From an uncultured delta proteobacterium (GTDB taxonomy: Bacteria > Desulfobacterota > Desulfuromonadia > Desulfuromonadales > JACZKF01), in assembly GCA_963848425.1 (NCBI GenBank), contig CAWKDO010000011.1:355-64354 (forward strand): a stretch of DNA of 64,000 nucleotides. The letters run 5' to 3'. A model generated the notes under the pieces. It had not been told where the DNA came from and searched no databases. It saw only the letters and a program-made list of their open reading frames with translations. Positions 38,218 through 45,727 of this stretch are shown here, in pieces; within the stretch, counting starts at the first letter, position 1; each line of letters begins with the position of its first letter. Position numbers and translations under genes: made by a program.

Positions 38218-40173
38218 ATGCAAGGATGGAACAGCCAGACCACCGCGAAAGCCTGGTCTAGTTACATCGATGAGGACCGCCTCGATCTGCAGACGGTTCG
38301 GCAGGCGGTCGCCACCTCGTGGGCGCGCTGCCGCGCTCTGGAAATCGACCCCTACGGCACGGTAAACCTCCCTACCCCCCAGCTGGAGCTGCGCGAGCGG
38401 CTGCACCGGCGCTGCCATCTGGTAAAAATCGCCCTTCCCTTCATGCAGAACCTCTACAACTTCGTAAAAGGTTCCGGTTTTCAGGTCATCCTGGCCGATG
38501 AGGAGGGCTATCTTCTCGAGGTCGTCGGCGACCCCGATATTCTGGCCAAGACCCGGCAGGTCCAGCTCAGCCCCGGCGGCAACTGGGCCGAAGAGAGCAA
38601 GGGAACCAATGCCATCGGCACCGCCATCGTCGAGCGGAAACCGGTCCAGATCCACGCCTGGGAACATTACTGCCAGGCCAATCATTTCCTCACCTGCTCG
38701 GCCGCACCGATCTTCGACCCGGAGGGACGGTTGCTGGGCGCCCTCGACATCACCGGCGATTACCGCTTCGCCAACGCCCACACCCTCGGCATGGTAGTGG
38801 CGGCGGTCAACGCCATCGAAAATCAGCTGCGCCTGCAGAAGACTACCGCCAGCCTGTATGTCGCCTACCGCTACTCCAACACCTTGCTCGAATCGATGTC
38901 GGACGGTCTGGTTTCCATCAATACCGGCGGCATCATCACCGAGCTGAACAGCACCGGCGGCCGAATTCTCGGCATCCATCCGAACACGGCCAAAGGCCGG
39001 CACATCAACGACGTTCCTGCGGGCGCCGGCGCCGATGCTGCAGCTGCTGACCTCCGGCGGGGAGTACCGGGACAAGGAGATCCCCCTGGCGACGCTGGGC
39101 AAGACGATCTACAGCTCCGCCACCCTGCTGCACGACGACGACGGCCGGCTGATCGGCGCCGTCGCGGTGCTGCGGGAAGGCCGCCAGGCGACCCGGAACG
39201 CGACCCTGCCCCCCCGCTACTCTTTCGTCGACATCACCGGCACCAGCGCGGCGATCAGCGAAGCCAGGCAATGGGCCGAGCTGGCGGCGGCGATGCCCTC
39301 AACCGTCCTGCTCAATGGCGAGAGCGGCACCGGCAAGGAACTCTTCGCCCAAGCGATTCACAATGCCAGCCCGCGGTGCAAAGGCCCTTTCGTCGCGCTC
39401 AACTGCGCCGCCTTGCCGGAAACTCTGATCGAAAGCGAACTGTTCGGCTACGAGGAGGGGGCCTTCACCGGCGCCCGCAAGGGGGGCAGACCGGCAAGTT
39501 CGAGCTCTCCCACGGCGGGTCCATCTTCCTCGACGAAATCGGCGACATGCCCCTGGGCGTCCAGGCCAAACTGCTGCGGGTCATCCAGGAGAAGAAGATC
39601 GCCCGCGTCGGCTCGTCCCGCGAGCTGCCGGTGGACATCCGGATCATCGCCGCCACCCACCGCGATCTGGCCGCCGAGGTGCGCGCCGGGCGCTTCCGGG
39701 AGGACCTCTATTACCGCCTCAACGTCGTTGCCATCCGGATTCCGGCGTTGCGCGAACGCAAGGAAGATCTGCCCCTGCTGGCCCGCCAGCTGCTGGAGAG
39801 AGTCGCCGCGAAGCTGGGCCGCGAGCTGCAGGCCGGCGACGACTTTCTCGGCGGACTCGCCGCTCATCACTGGCCCGGCAATGTCCGCGAGCTGGAGAAC
39901 ACCCTGGAGCGGGCCGCCCTGCGGGCCGGCGAAGTGGGCGTGCTCACCGCAGACCACCTCGTCCTCGACCATCCCGCCGGCAACACCCCGCCCATCCCGG
40001 CCACCGCATCGTTGGCCAACGAGCCGGTACGCTCGCTGAAAGAGGTGGAGAAGGAGGCGATCTCCCATGCCCTGGCGAAGCACGCGGGCAACATCAGCCA
40101 AGCCGCCACCGACCTCGGCATCGGCCGCAACACCCTTTACCGCAAGATCAAGGAGTACGGACTGTCGATCTAA
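38218..40173 (+). pseudogene. sigma54-dependent transcriptional activator, AcoR-type (GAF-PAS-AAA+-HTH), two frameshifts as assembled
   Basis: N-terminal GAF-like region (..PGGNWAEESKGTNAIGTAIVERKPVQIHAWEHY..). The central part lies in ORF 39035.. with Walker A GESGTGKE and the GAFTGA loop. It returns to the first frame at the G-run 39478-39484 (..[18 protein letters not shown]..). C-terminal Fis-type HTH AATDLGIGRNTLYRKIKEYG. Confidence 0.85.
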
Positions 40174-40206
40174 ACCCTCGCATTCCACCGGAAACAAAAG
40201 AGGAGC

Positions 40207-40239
40207 CCGCAACAGGGCTCCTCTTTTTTATGGAAAAGC
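40207..40239 (+). terminator. rho-independent terminator after the sigma54 activator gene
   Basis: GAGGAGCCC-GCAACA-GGGCTCCTC followed by TTTTTT. Confidence 0.8.
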
Positions 40240-40438
40240 TTGCGCAGAAAAATGGCTGACCGAGGAGTGCGCGAGGGATATCTGACGAAGGCCAGGCATT
40301 TAGAGGCAGAAAGGAGGCCGCTCTTCATAATTATCGCAAATGAGGAGGGGATGTGGTAAAGGTGAAACGGATAGCCACAACCCTGTGATCTGTGGGGGCC
40401 GCGCCGAAAGGCCACGGAGGTATGCCGGAGGTGATGAC

Positions 40439-40732
40439 ATGATCGGTAGAGATCAGGCATTAGAAGTGTTGCGCAGTCTTAAAAGTGAGTTTTCAGATCG
40501 CTACGGCATCACCGCTCTTGGAATTTTCGGCTCGGTGGCCCGCGGGGAGGCAAAAATGACGAGTGACTTGGATGTGGTGGTTAAAATGCGGGAACCCAAC
40601 CTCTTTACTCTCGTTCATGTCAAGGAGGATCTGGAAGAAGCGCTGCATGAGCATGTGGATATCGTCCAATACCGGGAGCGGATGAACTCGTTTCTGAAAC
40701 GGCGCATCGACCAGGAAGCTGTCTATGTATGA
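40439..40732 (+). CDS. MNT-type nucleotidyltransferase antitoxin (MntA-like)
   Basis: GGAGGTGA lies upstream of the ATG. GIFGSVARGE...SDLDVVV is the minimal nucleotidyltransferase G-S..D.D motif. 8-nt overlap with the HepT gene. Confidence 0.8.
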   Translation: MIGRDQALEVLRSLKSEFSDRYGITALGIFGSVARGEAKMTSDLDVVVKMREPNLFTLVHVKEDLEEALHEHVDIVQYRERMNSFLKRRIDQEAVYV

Positions 40733-41111
40733 CTCCGAATTGGTCATTGAAATCCTGCGGCAAATCCAGGAGGCGGGAAAAAGGATCGAGCGACGCTTTT
40801 CCCCCGTACGATTTCCTGATGATTTTCTGATTACGGACGAGGGACTTGACCGCCTGGATGCAATCTGCATGATGCTGATCGCCATCGGTGAAAGCCTCAA
40901 GAACCTTGACAAGCTGACCAACGGTGAGCTGCTGGCGAGATACCCCGGTGTCGATTGGAAAGGTGCCAAAGGGGCGCGTGACATCATTTCCCATCACTAT
41001 TTCGATTTGAATGCCGAGGCGGTGTTCGGCATCTGTCAAAGCGACATCCCAAACCTCGCCGTGACCATTGAGAAGATGATTGAGGATCTGAGCCATGGCG
41101 CAGCGTCGTAG
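40725..41111 (+). CDS. HepT-like (DUF86/HEPN) toxin
   Basis: 128 aa. The RDIISHHY segment is the HEPN Rx4H motif. Paired with the MNT gene. Confidence 0.8.
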   Translation: MYDSELVIEILRQIQEAGKRIERRFSPVRFPDDFLITDEGLDRLDAICMMLIAIGESLKNLDKLTNGELLARYPGVDWKGAKGARDIISHHYFDLNAEAVFGICQSDIPNLAVTIEKMIEDLSHGAAS

Positions 41112-41119
41112 GAGGTCTA

Positions 41120-41455
41120 ATGCCCCCGAAAGGATTTTCTTGTAAGCAGTGCGGCAATTGCTGTCTTAATCTCGGCGCATATCAAACGTGTGCAACGGAT
41201 GAGGATGTCGCCTCATGGGAGAAAAACGGACGAGACGATATCCTGGAATGGGTAGATGAGATGGTGCCCGGAATTTATGACATCTGGATCAGCCCGCGGA
41301 CCGGTGACGATGTCAGCCGATGCCCATGGCTCCGCAAGCTGCCGCGGCAGGAAAAGTACATTTGCCGGATTCAAGATATGAAGCCGAGGATATGCAGAAA
41401 TTATCCGCTATCGAAAGATCAGGCGGAAAAAACCGGATGCATGGGGTTTGGGTAG
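41120..41455 (+). CDS. YkgJ-family cysteine-cluster protein
   Basis: 111 aa. CKQCGNCC N-terminal cluster, plus C..C near the C-terminus (CPWL, CRIQDMKPRICRNYP). Confidence 0.7.
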   Translation: MPPKGFSCKQCGNCCLNLGAYQTCATDEDVASWEKNGRDDILEWVDEMVPGIYDIWISPRTGDDVSRCPWLRKLPRQEKYICRIQDMKPRICRNYPLSKDQAEKTGCMGFG

Positions 41456-41697
41456 GGCGGCGGGCTTAGTTTGCTTCGCCTGATTGACTCAGGGGTGGAT
41501 TTTACGAAATGGCAGAAAGTCAAACTCGACCCCGTGGTTTTCCCGTTCCCGCATTCAGCTGCAAACTGAAGAGCAACAGGCCCTTCCTATTCCAGAGCTC
41601 CGAAGTTCTTTTCTCATTGTAAACGAGAGATGAATCCTTTAATGTCATTCCCATGCTTTTCTAGGGGGAAGAGATGGCGAAGGATGAAGACAACAGA

Positions 41698-41735
41698 CCG
41701 CCGGTACAGCACTCGCTGACCGGCGGGTTTTTTTT
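41698..41735 (+). terminator. strong rho-independent terminator without an obvious upstream gene
   Basis: CCGCCGGT-N13-ACCGGCGG followed by eight T. The nearest upstream CDS ends 240 nt earlier. Confidence 0.7.
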
Positions 41736-41781
41736 GCGCGGGTGAGCCTGCATTTCTCTACGCAACCCGAAAAAAAATTTG

Positions 41782-41830
41782 TTGACTCGTAAATACCAAT
41801 TGGTATACATATCTTAAACACCAATTGGTG
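41782..41830 (+). promoter_or_regulatory. sigma70-like promoter with two ACCAATTGGT operator palindromes
   Basis: TTGACT (41782-41787), a 16-17 nt spacer, then TATACA/ATACAT (41804-41810). TACCAATTGGTA (41794-41805) overlaps the spacer and -10. CACCAATTGGTG (41819-41830) lies just downstream. RBS GAGGGTGA and ATG at 41853. Confidence 0.6.
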
Positions 41831-41852
41831 CATAAATCTTGAGGGTGACATT

Positions 41853-42191
41853 ATGCCTCCGATTGGGACGAATTTAGATGGATATGTACTGAATATGATA
41901 CGGGATGCGTACATAGCCGGGGAGATCCGCAAGACGAAGGACTGCATGGCAGACATGGCTCGTGACAGGCTGTACGAAGCCGATGTGGAGAAGGTTATCA
42001 CTGAAGCGGATTCCATAGAGAAAGCCATGCCGGCCACGAGTGAACGAGCAAGCAGTCCCAAAAACACCCACTACGTTTTACGCGGGGCCAGCACCAGAGG
42101 TACTGAGGTCTATTGCAAGGTCTGCAGCAATTACCATCCGAGGACGGACGAATTCCTCGGCTGGAAACTGACCTCTTTCGAGAACAAGTGA
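41853..42191 (+). CDS. MqsR-like type II toxin
   Basis: 112 aa. The C-terminal pattern ..SIEKAMPATSE..YVLRGASTRGTEVYCKV....WKLTSFENK parallels MqsR (..FYKSMTT..DVY....VYLKI....IVSFKEK). Followed 8 nt later by an MqsA-type gene. Confidence 0.55.
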   Translation: MPPIGTNLDGYVLNMIRDAYIAGEIRKTKDCMADMARDRLYEADVEKVITEADSIEKAMPATSERASSPKNTHYVLRGASTRGTEVYCKVCSNYHPRTDEFLGWKLTSFENK

Positions 42192-42199
42192 GACTGACC

Positions 42200-43090
42200 A
42201 TGATCTGCACAGACTGCTTCGAAGCAGAATATGAGGCTGGCAAAACCGAGTTGACCGTCACCATCAACGGCGAGCGACATGTCCTCCGCGATCTCGATTG
42301 CGAGACCTGCCCCGCGTGCGGTGAAATCACCTTTACTCACGCCCAGAGCCTGGAAGTCGATAAAAAGCGGATCGCCCTCGAATTCGGGGTGAAGCCGCTG
42401 CTGACGTCTGCCCAGTTGAAAAACCTGCGACGCTTTCTAGGCATGAAACTGGACGAGATCTGCGACCTGCTTCATATCGGCAGAAACACCTACGGCCGCT
42501 GGGAACGCGGGGAAGTGGAAATTACCCCATCCATGAACCTGCTGGTCCATAACCTTATCGAAAAGGTTCCCGATGCCCGCGTGAATGTCCTGGACAACGT
42601 AAGGATCGCAGCGATTGAAAAGGCGAACGCCACGTTGCTTGGACAATACATCTCTTTTGGCGAATACATCAGGGAAGCGATGGCCGCTACCAAACTGGTC
42701 CCGGTTGTCGTGTGCGCCTCGGTTGACATAGAGCCAGCGAACCTTACCAGGATTCAGAACAACGATGTGGCGCCGGAAAGAACACCTGCTGAGATAACGG
42801 CAAAGCTCGCCCATTTCTTCAGGGTTAACTTCGACGCTTTGAAGAGGCTGTTGAATGAGACGGCCATCGTTTTTGCCCTGAAGAATTCAGTGATGGCCGT
42901 GCATGCCCGGTCCACCTGTTACGACGCCAAGGGAGCGGCGGTACAGTCAAGCAGCGTCAACAAGATCATGGAGAAACTGGCCCAGAAAAAGGGGGCGGAG
43001 CCAGGCCGAAAACAGGTGAGCGAGGAGTATCTGGATAAGGTCAAAGCAATTCTGGAGCGGCTGAACGAGAGCGGGGGGGTAGAGCCATGA
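42200..43090 (+). CDS. extended MqsA-like antitoxin/repressor: CxxC..CxxC zinc ribbon + XRE HTH + second HTH-like domain
   Basis: MICTDC..CETCPACGE zinc ribbon, then LTSAQLKNLRRFLGMKLDEICDLLHIGRNTYGRWERGE (XRE HTH). The extra ~170 aa include a second HTH-like segment (ISFGEYIREAMAATKL..VDIEPANLTRIQNND). At 296 aa it is about twice the size of E. coli MqsA. The stop overlaps the ImmA start (ATGA). Confidence 0.7.
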   Translation: MICTDCFEAEYEAGKTELTVTINGERHVLRDLDCETCPACGEITFTHAQSLEVDKKRIALEFGVKPLLTSAQLKNLRRFLGMKLDEICDLLHIGRNTYGRWERGEVEITPSMNLLVHNLIEKVPDARVNVLDNVRIAAIEKANATLLGQYISFGEYIREAMAATKLVPVVVCASVDIEPANLTRIQNNDVAPERTPAEITAKLAHFFRVNFDALKRLLNETAIVFALKNSVMAVHARSTCYDAKGAAVQSSSVNKIMEKLAQKKGAEPGRKQVSEEYLDKVKAILERLNESGGVEP

Positions 43091-43605
43091 TGGAGCCGAA
43101 TTATAAATTTGCCAGGGAGATGGCCAGGAAGATATTGCGGCAGCACAAGATCACTAGCGTTCCCACGGATATGCAAATAATTTGCGAACGGCTGGGTTTG
43201 GAGTTTGTCGAATTGGATGATCCGAACGAGAGTGATGGCGCGGTGTTAGAGATGGAGGGGGGATTGCGGGTTGCCATGCTGAACAGGGCAAAGCCGTTCG
43301 TCCGTGCCCGGTTCACCCTGGCCCACGAGCTTGGCCACATCTTTCTTAATCACGACAAGCGCGAGTTTTACGATCCCGAGGTGGCAAGGGAGTGGGGCGA
43401 GGATGCGCCGGAGAATGCGAAACCGGCAAAGGAGAGGGAGGCGGATGCGTTTGCTTCGGAGTTGCTGATTCCGATGGAGCAGCTGAAAAAGTATCAGGGT
43501 GAATTGAATAATCTTGAAAAGCTGGCGGGGATATTTCAGGTCAGCAAACCCGCCATGTCGATTGCGGTGGCGAATTATTTTAGTTCTTCGAAGAATTTTA
43601 AGTGA
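43087..43605 (+). CDS. ImmA/IrrE-family zinc metallopeptidase
   Basis: 172 aa. FTLAHELGHIFLNH (HExxH) and downstream EREADAFASELLIP are typical of ImmA/IrrE (DUF955). Confidence 0.85.
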   Translation: MMEPNYKFAREMARKILRQHKITSVPTDMQIICERLGLEFVELDDPNESDGAVLEMEGGLRVAMLNRAKPFVRARFTLAHELGHIFLNHDKREFYDPEVAREWGEDAPENAKPAKEREADAFASELLIPMEQLKKYQGELNNLEKLAGIFQVSKPAMSIAVANYFSSSKNFK

Positions 43606-43749
43606 GTGGATTTGCATCCAAGGCGAACAGCTCAAACGTCGAAAGGAGAGCCAAGATGGCAAAACCGAAAGTGACAGGGGCAAAGGCTGCCCCCAGTGCA
43701 TCAAAGACGTTGACAAGTTTTAGTTATTGAAACTGCAAGGAGGTTCGCA

Positions 43750-44568
43750 GTGCATATCTACACGTTGAATGTTGGGCAGGGTCAATTCGTTGTCGTTACT
43801 GGTGATACGCAAGCGGTAATTGTGGATACTTATGTGCCGCTCAATCCTACTAACGACATCATTAACGTTAAAGCGGCGCTAGCGACAATTCTTCCGGGCA
43901 AGGAACTTGTAGGGCTTATTGTTACCGGATTTGACTCTGATCATTTTAATGAAGTGGGGATGAAAATAGTCCTGAACAAGTACAGGCCAAATTGGATAAT
44001 GTACCCAAAATACTTCAAGGATACCAAGGTGGCAGACGCATGCTTTGACGTAATAAAGGGCTTTGAGTCACAAAAAGCCTTTAATCGTCACTCGGTATCG
44101 CTGTCCCAGAATGACACCAGATTCTACAAGAAGCTATCAACAGATTTCCAATTTGAAATCTTTTCGCCACATTCTGCTGACATGAATTCATCCAATAATT
44201 GTTCATTGGTTTGTCGAATAAAAGAACGATCTACAGGCTGCACATACCTCGTTACAGGGGACACAGAGAATGATCGGTGGAAGTCAATTGTGCAATATTT
44301 CGGTAAAGCACTTGCCTCCGATGTTCTCGCTGCCCCACATCATGGGTCAAAGAACGGTATCTCTGCAGAGGCATTGGCTTTGATTAAACCAAAATCTGTT
44401 CTAATCAGTGCCGGAGTGGACAACCAATATGGGCATCCTAACCGGGAAGCAACCCGATTTTTTGCAGCTCACACTGAAAAATACTATTCGACCAATTATG
44501 GTGGTGGTCAGTCCATAAAGACAGTGGTTTCGGGGCAAGATGTGAATACCTACAAATTCGTGCCATAG
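43750..44568 (+). CDS. MBL-fold protein 1 (ComEC C-terminal-domain type)
   Basis: AAGGAGG lies upstream of a GTG start. IYTLNVGQGQFVVV, LIVTGFDSDHF (degenerate HxHxDH), YLVTGDTE, LAAPHHGSKNG and QYGHPN follow the ComEC/Rec2-type metallo-beta-lactamase pattern. Confidence 0.75.
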   Translation: MHIYTLNVGQGQFVVVTGDTQAVIVDTYVPLNPTNDIINVKAALATILPGKELVGLIVTGFDSDHFNEVGMKIVLNKYRPNWIMYPKYFKDTKVADACFDVIKGFESQKAFNRHSVSLSQNDTRFYKKLSTDFQFEIFSPHSADMNSSNNCSLVCRIKERSTGCTYLVTGDTENDRWKSIVQYFGKALASDVLAAPHHGSKNGISAEALALIKPKSVLISAGVDNQYGHPNREATRFFAAHTEKYYSTNYGGGQSIKTVVSGQDVNTYKFVP

Positions 44569-44584
44569 AGGAAGGAACCAACTC

Positions 44585-45727
44585 ATGCACCAGATTATCT
44601 TTTACCCAGTAGGCAACGGTGACAGTAGTCAGATTATCCTCGAAAACGGTAAGCGGATATTATTCGATTACCGGCATTTGAAGAAAGGGGAAGGTGAGGA
44701 GAGCCCAGAAATCGACTTGAAGGGACGCCTGAAAAAAGAGCTTGATGACGCAAAGAGGGACTACTTCGATGTTGTCGGTTTTACCCATTGCGATAGCGAT
44801 CACATTGAAAATAGCACCGAGTTTTTTGAGCTGCGCTATGCCCAGAAATACCAAGGCAACGACGGCAGGATAAAGATCAACGAATTGTGGGCCCCGGCTG
44901 CCATGATCCTGGAAACAACAACGAACGGCCAGCAAAGCAGCGAGTTCGTCATCTGGCGGCAGGAAGCCCGATATCGCTTGAAGAAAGGCGAAGGCATCCG
45001 CGTTTTTTCGAAGCCTGACAAATTGAAAGACTGGCTTGAAGGCGAAGGCTTGTCGGTAGAATCACGGAAACATCTTATCACGGACGCGGGGTCGTTAGTG
45101 CCTGGGTTTGACCTCCAGAAAGACGGCATCGAGTTCTTCTGCCATAGCCCGTTCATCCGGCATGCCGACGACGGTGACGACCTCCGAAACCCGTGTTCAC
45201 TCATCTTCAATGTCCGGTTGAAAGCCGGAACCAATACATACGACTACCTGGCCGTCGGGGATACGGAATGGGAAATTTTGGAGGAGATCGTCAGCACCAC
45301 ACGGTATCACAAGAACGATGATCGGTTAAATTGGGACATCTTCAACATTCCTCACCACTGCAGCTACCTGGCTCTCAGTGACGAAAAAGGAGAAAAGGAG
45401 ACGGAGCCGAAGCCCCTTGTCAAAGACCTGCTGCTCCAGGGGACGACTGATGCATACATTGTCAGCTCAAGCAACCCGATAAAGGATTCGAAGGAAGCAC
45501 GGGAACAAACGCAGCCCCCTCATATTCAGGCTAAGAAATGCTATGAGCGGTACTTAAAGGAGGTTAACGGCGCAAAATTCCTTGTGACGATGGAAGAGCC
45601 GAACGAGAAAACTCCCGAGCCTCTTGTATTCAACATCGAAAGCAACGGGATCAAGCGCGGTGCGAAGAAACCAGTTGCGGCTCCATCTGTGATCATTACG
45701 TCTGCTCCGGCTCCGAGGGCAGGTTAA
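44585..45727 (+). CDS. MBL-fold protein 2 (divergent paralog) with Pro/Ala-rich C-terminal tail ending in Gly
   Basis: IIFYPVGNGDSSQIIL, VVGFTHCDSDHI, YLAVGDTE and NIPHHCSY parallel protein 1. Extra insertions. Tail ..GAKKPVAAPSVIITSAPAPRAG-stop. The TAA is immediately followed by the ATG of the next gene. Confidence 0.7.
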   Translation: MHQIIFYPVGNGDSSQIILENGKRILFDYRHLKKGEGEESPEIDLKGRLKKELDDAKRDYFDVVGFTHCDSDHIENSTEFFELRYAQKYQGNDGRIKINELWAPAAMILETTTNGQQSSEFVIWRQEARYRLKKGEGIRVFSKPDKLKDWLEGEGLSVESRKHLITDAGSLVPGFDLQKDGIEFFCHSPFIRHADDGDDLRNPCSLIFNVRLKAGTNTYDYLAVGDTEWEILEEIVSTTRYHKNDDRLNWDIFNIPHHCSYLALSDEKGEKETEPKPLVKDLLLQGTTDAYIVSSSNPIKDSKEAREQTQPPHIQAKKCYERYLKEVNGAKFLVTMEEPNEKTPEPLVFNIESNGIKRGAKKPVAAPSVIITSAPAPRAG

